DNA of 64,000 bases from a virus: positions 32,001 through 96,000 of IMG/VR virus record IMGVR_UViG_3300044641_010298. One strand, written 5' to 3'. Below are positions 51,114 to 58,730 of this stretch, one piece after another. Below the pieces are notes generated by a model. That model searched no databases and was not told the DNA's origin. It saw only the letters and a program-made list of their open reading frames with translations. The position numbers were made by a program, and so were the translations under genes. Numbering within the stretch: the stretch's first letter is position 1; every line of letters begins with the position of its first letter.

Positions 51114-51791
51114 TCAAATTATTGAGTAAATTTCCAAAGCCTGCAAGAATCCAGATCCGTCAGGGCCAATGATCTTCATGAGCTGCTGCTTCTTTATTTT
51201 TGGGATGTCCTTCATGTTGCTCGCCATCTCGTACATGGAATCCATCAGCCTAATGGCCTCCTCGAGGTCGTCCCTGTTGATCTTTTGAAGCTTTTCGATA
51301 TCTGGCTTCATGCCTCGAGGTGTGTTGTTGTCACGGTTAAACTGGCCTGCGGCCCAGCCATTTGCAAGAGTCCAGAAGATCTGCGGGCTTACATCCTTCG
51401 CGACGCTGTCGTATAGTTGACCCTTGATCCTTGAGATGAGCTTCTTCGCCCGAACTGGATCGTACCCGAGCGCCTCGATCACCACCTTGGGTGCCTCATC
51501 AAGGTCGAAAGGAAAATCCTCTCCGGATCCCATGGACATGATCCCAAGATCAGCGACCTCCTCAGCCTCCTTCTGAGACAGCATGCTGTCAAGACCGAGC
51601 TTGATGAGACGTTCCCTGTTCTCAGGGGTGAACTTTGCCGACCAGCCCGGTCCAGGATTGATGAGCCTCCGGAAGCAATCGACGTAGAGCTCAGCAGGAA
51701 CACTCGGCGGAAGGATGCTCATCACAGTGTATCTCTCGAGCAGAAGTGTCTCACTGATGATGCTACGAATCAAGGCCTCTTGTCTTCTCAT
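51114..51791 (-). CDS. Leader-family protein with shared C-terminal motif
   Basis: MRRQEALIRSIISETLLLE; C-terminus IGPDGSGFLQALEIYSII. Confidence 0.7.
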   Translation of the reverse strand: MRRQEALIRSIISETLLLERYTVMSILPPSVPAELYVDCFRRLINPGPGWSAKFTPENRERLIKLGLDSMLSQKEAEEVADLGIMSMGSGEDFPFDLDEAPKVVIEALGYDPVRAKKLISRIKGQLYDSVAKDVSPQIFWTLANGWAAGQFNRDNNTPRGMKPDIEKLQKINRDDLEEAIRLMDSMYEMASNMKDIPKIKKQQLMKIIGPDGSGFLQALEIYSII

Positions 51792-51808
51792 TGAATCTCC
51801 GATAGATT

Positions 51809-51816
51809 TACATATC
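51809..51816 (-). promoter_or_regulatory. Putative late promoter GATATGTA
   Basis: 17 nt upstream of a leader-family start. Confidence 0.6.
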
Positions 51817-51918
51817 CCGGAAAGGGATTCGAAAATTTTTTGAAAACCTCAAAAACAAAGAGGGAACTTCCCGTCAGTCAAAAAATCCCAGAAGAACATC
51901 CGAGCCTAGCAGCAAAAA

Positions 51919-52254
51919 TCAAGCCTTTCTGGCAGAAAAAATGATGTCACCCTCACGTGAAAAATCATACGCGATCTTCTTTCCACCATAAGCAGATCTT
52001 AGCTTTGACAGGCGGACAAGGGCGCGCTCAGCTGCCTTCTCGCTAATACCGAGCATTCCTGCAATCATCCAGGGAAAAATGATATTTCCACCCTTGGCGC
52101 CGCCCATGCTGTCGACTATGTCAATTGCCGTCCTAAGAACTTCCTCTTCTACCTCTGTCAGAGGATCAGTGAAGTAGCCATCGTTGGATTCTCTAATCAG
52201 AGAAGAAATTTCACGTCTTACGATTCGACGAAGATTTGACTCAGATATGTTCAT
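51919..52254 (-). CDS. Leader-family protein with putative winged-HTH
   Basis: MNISESNLRRIVRREI; 'MIAGMLGISEKAAERALVRL' HTH pattern. Confidence 0.6.
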   Translation of the reverse strand: MNISESNLRRIVRREISSLIRESNDGYFTDPLTEVEEEVLRTAIDIVDSMGGAKGGNIIFPWMIAGMLGISEKAAERALVRLSKLRSAYGGKKIAYDFSREGDIIFSARKA

Positions 52255-52267
52255 GATTTTTTCTCCT

Positions 52268-53140
52268 CTAGTTCACGTCAACGACAAGGATCTTTCCACG
52301 AAGATTCTGTCTCGCCTCGACGGCAGCCTGCTTGATCATTTTTCTAAGCAATTTGAACGCCTCCTGGACCTCCTCGGGTGCGGTCTCGAAAGCTTCAGAA
52401 AAAACAAATCCCTTGCCCGTGATGAGCTCCTGCGTCATCACCTCGGCAAGTGACTCAATATAGGAGCCGAGCTCTCCCTTCCTGGCAGAACCCATCGTTA
52501 GATACTTGTCGAAAGGAACATTAGCGCCCTCATCAATGATAGGAAATAGAGGATCATCAGGGCCCGCATAGTAGGTCTTGCTGCCAAGCTCGATGAAAGT
52601 GGGAGAGATCTTTGAAACCTCCTTGGCCGAATCATCATCCATACCATCAATGTTGAAAAATGCGTGGAAGATCATCCAGGGAGATGCCATGGTCCCACGC
52701 TCGGCGCCCGAGGTCGTATACAGTAAGATCAGATCATCAGGGCCCAGGTCATCAGGAGTTTTCCGATAGCCCATCTTCTGCATCTGTTTGATCTTTCTAG
52801 GCGTCAACGTCAGGACAATACCCCGGTTTGTGACACCATCAGTGAAATCTGTCCCACGTGCGTCAATGTCCTCAATATTTCCGACATAGGGCGCGACAAA
52901 GACTCGAAATGGAAGATGTGCGTAAAGTCGGAGCGCCGTATCTTCAAACTTCTTGCTAAGCGCAAGAGCCGTCGCCGCCCGGGGATTGGGAGAATATTGA
53001 CCAGTTCCGCCTGCTTCAAAATCTTTGCTAGGCTTTCTTGAAAAACCAACGCCCAGCCTTCCAGCATAGGGCATCTCATCTAGCTTTCGAGAAAGCTCTT
53101 CTCTAATGATCTGCCTGATCGTGCTCTCTAGTATTCTCAA
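52268..53140 (-). CDS. Leader-family protein, unknown cargo
   Basis: MRILESTIRQIIREELSRKLDE; TTG start; GATATGTA upstream. Confidence 0.7.
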   Translation of the reverse strand: MRILESTIRQIIREELSRKLDEMPYAGRLGVGFSRKPSKDFEAGGTGQYSPNPRAATALALSKKFEDTALRLYAHLPFRVFVAPYVGNIEDIDARGTDFTDGVTNRGIVLTLTPRKIKQMQKMGYRKTPDDLGPDDLILLYTTSGAERGTMASPWMIFHAFFNIDGMDDDSAKEVSKISPTFIELGSKTYYAGPDDPLFPIIDEGANVPFDKYLTMGSARKGELGSYIESLAEVMTQELITGKGFVFSEAFETAPEEVQEAFKLLRKMIKQAAVEARQNLRGKILVVDVN

Positions 53141-53159
53141 GTGAAATCCTTGTTAGGGC

Positions 53160-53167
53160 TACATATC
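53160..53167 (-). promoter_or_regulatory. Putative late promoter GATATGTA
   Basis: 19 nt upstream of a leader-family start. Confidence 0.6.
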
Positions 53168-53169
53168 GA

Positions 53170-53630
53170 GGCTCAAAAGTGACCCATTTTTCCCGGGAAA
53201 TTTTTAGGACCACTTTTGATTCCCAAAATTCTCTCGGCCCAGATTTTTGAGCTCGCGCGGGAGCCCTCGGCAGATGATGGGGGCGATGGGCCCTTCGGGT
53301 CAAATTTTCTCGGGAAATTTTCGGGAGATCGCGGGAATGAGGGAAAATCAGCGATCCGGGTGAGAGGGCTGACTTGTTTAAGTCAAAATTTTCCGGGCGG
53401 TCGGCGGAGACTTAGGCGGCCCCGGCGCCCTGCAGGGAGCGCCGGTGGGCTTGGGACCCTGGGGGGCCCGCCCGGGGCGGGCCCCCCAGCCCCCTGCCAT
53501 AGGGCCCCCTGGGGCGCCCCCTGCCCTGCCAGGGGTAGCCCTGACGCTACACGAGCCCTACCCAGCCCCGGGCAGCAGGGTGGGCAGCGTCCGCCAGAAT
53601 GCAGGGCTGGGGGGCAGACTGCCCGGTGGC
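53170..53630. other. Non-coding junction: repeated A/T tracts then extremely GC-rich palindromic DNA; candidate genome end, packaging site or origin
   Basis: AAAATTTT-type tracts at 53175-53392; G/C runs at 53400-53630; base composition shifts here. Confidence 0.5.
53459..53489. repeat. Perfect 15-bp inverted repeat with 1-nt centre
   Basis: CTGGGGGGCCCGCCC-G-GGGCGGGCCCCCCAG. Confidence 0.9.
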
Positions 53631-53633
53631 TAC

Positions 53634-53735
53634 CTACAGCAGGCTGAGGATCCAGGCGCTGATGACCGAGCCGGCAACACCGAGGGCCACCATCGTGACC
53701 ACCTGGCGGCGTGTCATGAACCAGTTCCACTCCAT
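53634..53735 (-). CDS. 33-aa membrane micropeptide MEWNWFMTRRQVVTMVALGVAGSVISAWILSLL
   Basis: GGAGG RBS and its own promoter copy; missed by the ORF track. Confidence 0.7.
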   Translation of the reverse strand: MEWNWFMTRRQVVTMVALGVAGSVISAWILSLL

Positions 53736-53756
53736 GTTGCTCCTCCCTACCTGATC

Positions 53757-53787
53757 ATAGTACCACAGCGGGTCGCGGTGACACGCG
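53757..53787 (-). promoter_or_regulatory. Cassette promoter copy (variant)
   Basis: CGCGTGTC-N14-TGGTACTAT. Confidence 0.65.
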
Positions 53788-53788
53788 G

Positions 53789-54577
53789 CTACGGGTTCTT
53801 TGGATCCCAGCGCCTCTGCTCGGGGATCGACTCGGTGTACAGCCGCACCGCTCGGGCAACATCTGTGTGCCCAGCCGACTCTGCCAGCCGCGCGATGGCG
53901 TTGCCCTCTCTCTCTATGATGTCGTTCATCATCTGTGACACCTGGCTGATGTCCTCTGGCATCGTGTTATAGACATCCCTGAGGTAATCAGCTGACACCT
54001 GGTAGGCATCGTCTGTCTTGTCGAGGAAGTCGATTGTGCTGAGGCCGTAGCCGCCCCACTTGATCATCTTGAAGGCTCCCTCGATGACAGTGCCGGCGCG
54101 GATCTCCACCATGTCCATGAGCGCGCCGACATAGCCCAGGATTGACATGCCCATGAAGAAGATGGAGATGTGGTAGGCGGTCTCGTAGGCTTCTAGCACG
54201 GTGGCTCGCTGCGCCGGGTCCAGCCTCTCCTGCTGCGCGAGCGCATCCTCGTACCTCTTCTTCGCCAGCGAGAACTGGACGACAGAGGTGAGCAGCGCTG
54301 TTGTGTCAAATATGAACCCAGTGTACCTCAGGTTCCCCTGGATGAAGTTGGTGACGAAGCCGAACAGGTCGTTGATCGCGCTGATCGACTGGAGGCTGTC
54401 CTCCATGTCTTGAGTGTCTAGCATCTGCAGCACATCAGCGTGAGAGGCTGCGACCGTGGCTGCTGGGTTCTTGTGTGCTAGCCGCCCGGTGTCTGGCTCG
54501 AAGGTCCCGAGCTCAGCCTCTCTCAGCAGCTCTCTCACCGCCTCTCGAAGCAGGCGGCCCTGTGTCGTCACGCTCAT
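53789..54577 (-). CDS. Leader-family protein with hydrophobic helices
   Basis: 'GRLLREAVRELLREAE'; hydrophobic segment 'ISIFFMGMSILGYVGALM'; GATATGTA upstream. Confidence 0.65.
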   Translation of the reverse strand: MSVTTQGRLLREAVRELLREAELGTFEPDTGRLAHKNPAATVAASHADVLQMLDTQDMEDSLQSISAINDLFGFVTNFIQGNLRYTGFIFDTTALLTSVVQFSLAKKRYEDALAQQERLDPAQRATVLEAYETAYHISIFFMGMSILGYVGALMDMVEIRAGTVIEGAFKMIKWGGYGLSTIDFLDKTDDAYQVSADYLRDVYNTMPEDISQVSQMMNDIIEREGNAIARLAESAGHTDVARAVRLYTESIPEQRRWDPKNP

Positions 54578-54598
54578 CGTGTAGCCCCATGTTGAGGC

Positions 54599-54606
54599 TA
54601 CATATC
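54599..54606 (-). promoter_or_regulatory. Putative late promoter GATATGTA
   Basis: Upstream of a leader-family gene within the GC-rich array. Confidence 0.6.
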
Positions 54607-54615
54607 ACCCGCCGA

Positions 54616-54939
54616 TCAGCTGTGGACCAGGGCCTTGCACATCCGGGCGATCGCCACCCGACCACCGCGGCCGATCAGCAGGTCCGGGTCGTGCCCCTCG
54701 GTCACGGACAGGGTGGCCTCGGGGACACCGTGGCCGACGGGCTTCGGCATCCGGGGGAGGAGCCCGTTCCAGTTCACCTTGAACCGGGTCGGGTACCGGG
54801 GATCCATGCGGTCGGTGGCCACGAACTTGTGCTCCTGGCCTTCGGGGCCGACCGCGATCCCGCTGACCGCGGTGGTGCCCAGGGGGGAGACCGTGACGGA
54901 GGTGATCTTGAAGGTCCAGCGGAGGTTGGCGGTGGCCAT
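54616..54939 (-). CDS. Cassette-encoded hypothetical protein (paralog of 61300-61683)
   Basis: AAGGA RBS; own promoter copy. Confidence 0.7.
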   Translation of the reverse strand: MATANLRWTFKITSVTVSPLGTTAVSGIAVGPEGQEHKFVATDRMDPRYPTRFKVNWNGLLPRMPKPVGHGVPEATLSVTEGHDPDLLIGRGGRVAIARMCKALVHS

Positions 54940-54975
54940 GTTGTCGTCCTTGGTTTGGGGTCCGTTAGCTCAGAC

Positions 54976-55006
54976 ATCATACCATTCAACGCCTGAGGCG
55001 CACGGG
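54976..55006 (-). promoter_or_regulatory. Cassette promoter copy
   Basis: CCCGTGCG-N14-TGGTATGAT. Confidence 0.85.
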
Positions 55007-55008
55007 CC

Positions 55009-55128
55009 TCAGTTGAGGCAGTTGATCAGCGGGCAGATCCCGGAGAGGTAGACGAGGGCCGCGACATTGGCGACGAAGAGGGACCCAGCGATCGAGACGG
55101 TGCCCCAGATGACGGTGTCGGTGGTCAT
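55009..55128 (-). CDS. 39-aa membrane peptide MTTDTVIWGTVSIAGSLFVANVAALVYLSGICPLINCLN
   Basis: AAGGAGG RBS; own promoter; missed by the ORF track. Confidence 0.7.
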   Translation of the reverse strand: MTTDTVIWGTVSIAGSLFVANVAALVYLSGICPLINCLN

Positions 55129-55177
55129 TTGATTCCTCCTTCCTGGGCGGTGTCCATCACCGCCTCCTTGCCAGATC

Positions 55178-55208
55178 ATCATACCATTCAGCGGTCAGCC
55201 CGCACGGG
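55178..55208 (-). promoter_or_regulatory. Cassette promoter copy
   Basis: CCCGTGCG-N14-TGGTATGAT. Confidence 0.85.
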
Positions 55209-55210
55209 CT

Positions 55211-55420
55211 TCAGTGGTTGGCGATCCGGTTCGCCGCGGTCCGGTCGAGGTCCCAGCCCTTCTGCTGGACCGTCTGGTGGCTCGTGTCGACCAGGTCCTT
55301 CACCTCACCGCCCACCGTCCGGACAGTGAAGTTGCGGCCCGCAACCTCGATCACCTCAGCCGCCATCCACTCACCTCGGATCCGAACCACCAGGCTCTCA
55401 CCAATCAGGGGATTGACCAT
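55211..55420 (-). CDS. Small SH3/Tudor-like beta-barrel protein
   Basis: AAGGAGG RBS; 'IGESLVVRIRGEWMAAEVIEV' pattern. Confidence 0.65.
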   Translation of the reverse strand: MVNPLIGESLVVRIRGEWMAAEVIEVAGRNFTVRTVGGEVKDLVDTSHQTVQQKGWDLDRTAANRIANH

Positions 55421-55439
55421 GTTGCCTCCTTGTGATCCT

Positions 55440-55470
55440 ATTCTACCACCGCGACCCTGCCCCGCACGGG
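55440..55470 (-). promoter_or_regulatory. Cassette promoter copy
   Basis: CCCGTGCG-N14-TGGTAGAAT. Confidence 0.85.
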
Positions 55471-55473
55471 CCG

Positions 55474-55755
55474 TCAGCCGACCATGAAGGCCGCCATCGG
55501 GACCCGCAGCGGGCGGCAGGCCGTCACCTCGGCCACCCAGGCCTCGTGCTTCGCCTCGGCCTCCGCCTCGAGCCGGGCCCGCTCACGCCACTCATCCTCG
55601 AGGTCCCGGGTCGCCGCCTCCCAGCCCTCCGCCGTGTCGTCCTCCGGGCGGTACCACCGCGGCTTGATGTTGTGGACCGCCTTGAAGGCGTCGACGAAGT
55701 TGTAGAAGGCCTCGACCTGGGCGTGGGTGGCGAAGGAGGCGGTGTTGATGGCCAT
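55474..55755 (-). CDS. Small phage-type hypothetical protein
   Basis: 'DAFKAVHNIKPR' motif; GGAG RBS; own promoter. Confidence 0.7.
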   Translation of the reverse strand: MAINTASFATHAQVEAFYNFVDAFKAVHNIKPRWYRPEDDTAEGWEAATRDLEDEWRERARLEAEAEAKHEAWVAEVTACRPLRVPMAAFMVG

Positions 55756-55791
55756 GTTTGACTCCGTTCTCTGAGGTTGCCTAGCTCTGTT

Positions 55792-55822
55792 ATTCTACCA
55801 ACGGGTCCCAGGGACGCACGGG
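55792..55822 (-). promoter_or_regulatory. Cassette promoter copy
   Basis: CCCGTGCG-N14-TGGTAGAAT. Confidence 0.85.
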
Positions 55823-55823
55823 C

Positions 55824-56036
55824 CTACGTGAATCTTGAGCGGCGCCTTGCATCGATGTAGGCATCACCGGAGTCTTCAGCATCGCCAAACATTGGCTGAA
55901 ACCGCTTGCTGTAGTGAGATCGGGTCGCTGTCTCGTCTTCCTCAGGCTCCCGCCAGGTCTCAGGGTCTTGATCGGGATCAGGCTTTCGTAGCTCTTCTCT
56001 GATGATGTGTCGAAGCTGGCGCTCGGTGATCCTCAC
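55824..56036 (-). CDS. Leader-family small protein
   Basis: MRITERQLRHIIREEL; GATATGTA upstream. Confidence 0.75.
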   Translation of the reverse strand: MRITERQLRHIIREELRKPDPDQDPETWREPEEDETATRSHYSKRFQPMFGDAEDSGDAYIDARRRSRFT

Positions 56037-56055
56037 ATGTGCCCCTAGATGGGTC

Positions 56056-56063
56056 TACATATC
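56056..56063 (-). promoter_or_regulatory. Putative late promoter GATATGTA
   Basis: Upstream of an MRITE gene. Confidence 0.65.
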
Positions 56064-56132
56064 GCCCTGGGCCAACAGCGACAACATCGCACAGACACAA
56101 GTCAGGCCCCAGTGACGGGGCCCGAGGTGGTG

Positions 56133-56513
56133 TTAGCGCGAGCGCTTGATTTGCAAGCCGTGCGGAACTCTTCCCGCCTCTATGCGGCTCTGGATCTCAC
56201 CGGCTGGTAGATCCAAGAATTCATCCGGATCGTCGCCGTACTCGTACTCATCCTCGTCTGGCTCATCGAGGTCGAGATTTGAAAACATGTCATCAAACTT
56301 CTTGCCAAAGTCAGGGTCAGTGAGCTTGGGTCGCCTGAACATTGTGGGCTCTCTCATCTTGCGGGCGGTCTCTGCACCCGGGCCAGAGAAGTCATCCATC
56401 CCAGACTCCTCGTAATCGCCTGTCTCTGGGTTCTTGCGGAATGTAACGCCCTTCCTCATCTCATTCAGCTCCTCGCGGACTATCCGGCGAAGCTGGCCCT
56501 CAGTGATCCTCAT
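56133..56513 (-). CDS. Leader-family acidic protein
   Basis: MRITEGQLRRIVREELNE; GATATGTA and AGGAGG upstream. Confidence 0.75.
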   Translation of the reverse strand: MRITEGQLRRIVREELNEMRKGVTFRKNPETGDYEESGMDDFSGPGAETARKMREPTMFRRPKLTDPDFGKKFDDMFSNLDLDEPDEDEYEYGDDPDEFLDLPAGEIQSRIEAGRVPHGLQIKRSR

Positions 56514-56532
56514 GATGTGCCTCCTGTGATTC

Positions 56533-56540
56533 TACATATC
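56533..56540 (-). promoter_or_regulatory. Putative late promoter GATATGTA
   Basis: Upstream of an MRITE gene. Confidence 0.65.
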
Positions 56541-56671
56541 GCCCCGCTCACCCAGTGCAGGATCAATGTTGCGCAGCGCCAGATCGCGCCCCTTGCATCA
56601 GGATCTCGGCGCCGTGATGCACATCGGGCGCCCCCAGACCGCATCTCCTGCAGCCTGTGGCGCCCTAGTGA

Positions 56672-56989
56672 TTAAGCCTTTGAACGCTTCCAGGCCATGT
56701 AGGCTGCCCTTCCCTCTTCAGCTGATCCGAAGTCCTGTCCGTGAGAAGGATGCGAAGATGGGAACTTGAGGCCGTAACGGAACTCATAATCAGCCTCTGA
56801 CTCACCGGGACCGTCGTCGTCAACTCCGTAGTTCATCTCAGCGCTGCGGTCGTAGTCATATCCGCTGCTGTACCCGCCGCCGTAATAGCCGCTACCACCG
56901 TATTTGCTCCCGCCGCGGCGGTAGGTCTCTGTCATCCTGCTGATCTCTTCCTTGATGATCTTTCTCAACTGCGATGCTGTGATTCTCAT
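56672..56989 (-). CDS. Leader-family Gly/Tyr-rich protein
   Basis: MRITASQLRKIIKEEISRMTE; GATAAGTA upstream. Confidence 0.75.
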   Translation of the reverse strand: MRITASQLRKIIKEEISRMTETYRRGGSKYGGSGYYGGGYSSGYDYDRSAEMNYGVDDDGPGESEADYEFRYGLKFPSSHPSHGQDFGSAEEGRAAYMAWKRSKA

Positions 56990-57008
56990 GTGATCCTCTT
57001 GGTGTCTG

Positions 57009-57016
57009 TACTTATC
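57009..57016 (-). promoter_or_regulatory. Putative late promoter GATAAGTA
   Basis: Upstream of the MRITA gene. Confidence 0.6.
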
Positions 57017-57106
57017 ACCATCCGTAGAACTTTAGCAGCGTTGTGAACACAACATTCCAGAACAGGATCAGCGTTGCCTTCAACAGGGTATCGAGGACCC
57101 AGAGCT

Positions 57107-57322
57107 CTACAGCCTGCCGTGTGATTCGAGCATGGTCACCACCTCGGGCGGTAGCTCCTCCTTCAGGATGCTCTGTGTCCCCACGCGGCCGTCCTTCGTC
57201 TTGTAGCCGATCTGCCATCCGTGCCTCACCTTCTGCTCTACCTCTAGCTCTGTCCCCTTGGGCCACTCAGTGCCGAAGCGGGTCGTGTACTTCTGCTTGA
57301 GAGTTACAACTTCACCAACCAT
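57107..57322 (-). CDS. Small SH3-like hypothetical protein
   Basis: AAGGAGG RBS. Confidence 0.65.
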   Translation of the reverse strand: MVGEVVTLKQKYTTRFGTEWPKGTELEVEQKVRHGWQIGYKTKDGRVGTQSILKEELPPEVVTMLESHGRL

Positions 57323-57332
57323 TCTCTCCTCC

Positions 57333-57644
57333 TTAGCCTAGCGCCCAGCAGAGCGCAGCGAAAGCGATTGTGAATCCGATCTCCATCACCACCCGGGCCA
57401 CATCTCTCGCCAGCGGCGGCGGCATCACCAGGAGCGACAAGCCCACCAGCCCGAGGGCAGCGGAGTACATGATCACATTGGCGATCAGGAACGCCGTCCC
57501 CCAGCCCCCAGCGATCAGGAGCACCGTGAGCAGGGACCAGCACCCGCGGAGCATGAGCGCCCAGGTTGGGTCATTCGCTCGCAGCGCCCGCCACATGTCC
57601 CAGATGGTCAGGGCGCCCCAGAGAATTGCACCGATCGATGGCAT
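57333..57644 (-). CDS. Multi-pass membrane protein (probably leaderless transcript)
   Basis: About 4 hydrophobic segments; TGtTAGGAT 5 nt before the ATG. Confidence 0.6.
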   Translation of the reverse strand: MPSIGAILWGALTIWDMWRALRANDPTWALMLRGCWSLLTVLLIAGGWGTAFLIANVIMYSAALGLVGLSLLVMPPPLARDVARVVMEIGFTIAFAALCWALG

Positions 57645-57677
57645 AGAACATCCTAACACCCAGTGGGTGCTTGTGTA

Positions 57678-57818
57678 TCAGGTTCGAGAGATCTGGGAAC
57701 AGACCACCAGCATCACGACCCAAGCGACCATCAGGCCCAGGAGCCAGGCGGGGCCGTCGGACCAGGCGATGTGATCGACGGCCATGAGCTGGTGGAAACC
57801 CGAGATGACGTTGTCCAT
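57678..57818 (-). CDS. 46-aa membrane peptide MDNVISGFHQ...
   Basis: GGAGG RBS; own promoter; C-terminal TM segment; missed by the ORF track. Confidence 0.65.
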   Translation of the reverse strand: MDNVISGFHQLMAVDHIAWSDGPAWLLGLMVAWVVMLVVCSQISRT

Positions 57819-57836
57819 TCTTCCCTCCGTGGATCT

Positions 57837-57867
57837 ATTATAACACGTGACCAAGATCCTGCACGGG
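57837..57867 (-). promoter_or_regulatory. Cassette promoter copy
   Basis: CCCGTGCA-N14-TGTTATAAT. Confidence 0.8.
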
Positions 57868-57870
57868 TCT

Positions 57871-58323
57871 CTACCCAGCGTCCTCCCAGTCCTTGATCCG
57901 CTGCCAGAGGTCGAAGAGCCGCTTCACATCGGCGAGGGGCAGGGAGGTGAGTCCCTCGCTGAACTTGAGCGAGAGCTCGTCCATGTCCACCGTCACATCA
58001 CCGCCACCCATGTTCACCGTGATGCTCCGGATCGGCTGGAAGGGGACGATGCAGCCCGAGGGGCTGACGGGACGGACAGCCGGCGTGCCGTCAGCAGTGG
58101 TCATGCCCCTGTCAGCCATCAGGACCTCGACGGCCTCCTTCGCCTCCTTCAGGCCGACGCCGGGCCGGTCCTTGCCGCTGAAAGGATCGATCGTTCGGTG
58201 GCGAGAGGCGTCGCGGACCACCTTGATCGCGTTGATCTTGTTGGCGTAGCCGCCGCCCGTCTTGTCGTCCAGGAGCGTCTTCACCTGGCTCATCTCTTCC
58301 GCGGTCAGCATGATCTTGATCAT
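57871..58323 (-). CDS. Ribosomal protein bL12 (L7/L12) C-terminal-domain-containing protein
   Basis: 'NKINAIKVVRD...GVGLKEAKEAVE' matches the bL12 CTD signature. Confidence 0.7.
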   Translation of the reverse strand: MIKIMLTAEEMSQVKTLLDDKTGGGYANKINAIKVVRDASRHRTIDPFSGKDRPGVGLKEAKEAVEVLMADRGMTTADGTPAVRPVSPSGCIVPFQPIRSITVNMGGGDVTVDMDELSLKFSEGLTSLPLADVKRLFDLWQRIKDWEDAG

Positions 58324-58340
58324 CTTTCCTCTCCGTGGTT

Positions 58341-58679
58341 CTATTCTACCAGGACCCCGCGCTCTCGCAGGAGCTTCACAGCTGCGGTGTGCCCGTGAGC
58401 CGTGAGGATCTCGATCGCTTTCGCCTCAGCGGTGGGCTCGTCATCGGTGTCAGCGAGGATGTGACCCAGCTCGTGAGCCTCAATCGCCAGCAGGTGGTCG
58501 GGAGTGCACCATCCCTGGCTGGCGATGCGCCCATCGATCACAGCGACTGGGTACTCCGTCCCGCGGATCGCATAGCCGTGATTCTGATCAGAGAGCCGCT
58601 CGACCACCGTGCCTTCATCTCGGTCCTCAACCTCGACGACCAGCACATTGCTTGCCATGTCGGACATCCTGAACTTCAT
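58341..58679 (-). CDS. Small HExxH metallopeptidase-like protein
   Basis: 'AIEAHELGH....DEPTA' motif; GGAGG RBS. Confidence 0.6.
   Translation of the reverse strand: MKFRMSDMASNVLVVEVEDRDEGTVVERLSDQNHGYAIRGTEYPVAVIDGRIASQGWCTPDHLLAIEAHELGHILADTDDEPTAEAKAIEILTAHGHTAAVKLLRERGVLVE
58343..58373 (-). promoter_or_regulatory. Cassette promoter copy (variant, inside the upstream CDS end)
   Basis: CTCCTGCG-N14-TGGTAGAAT. Confidence 0.7.
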
Positions 58680-58699
58680 CTCGCCTCCCTTCTACATCT

Positions 58700-58730
58700 A
58701 TCGTATCACTTCGCATGCCCGTCACACAGC
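58700..58730 (-). promoter_or_regulatory. Cassette promoter copy (degenerate)
   Basis: GCTGTGTG-N14-TGATACGAT. Confidence 0.45.

Noticed and set aside
53170-53630. Chimeric assembly join at the GC shift
   Set aside because: The same leader family, the GATATGTA motif and an identical 17-mer occur on both sides, so both halves belong to one genome (read mapping would confirm)
53103-53972. ORF-track calls 53103-53303, 53216-53647, 53383-53730 and 53445-53972
   Set aside because: Pro/Gly/Arg-rich translations of GC-rich non-coding DNA with no RBS; the supported gene is 53634-53735
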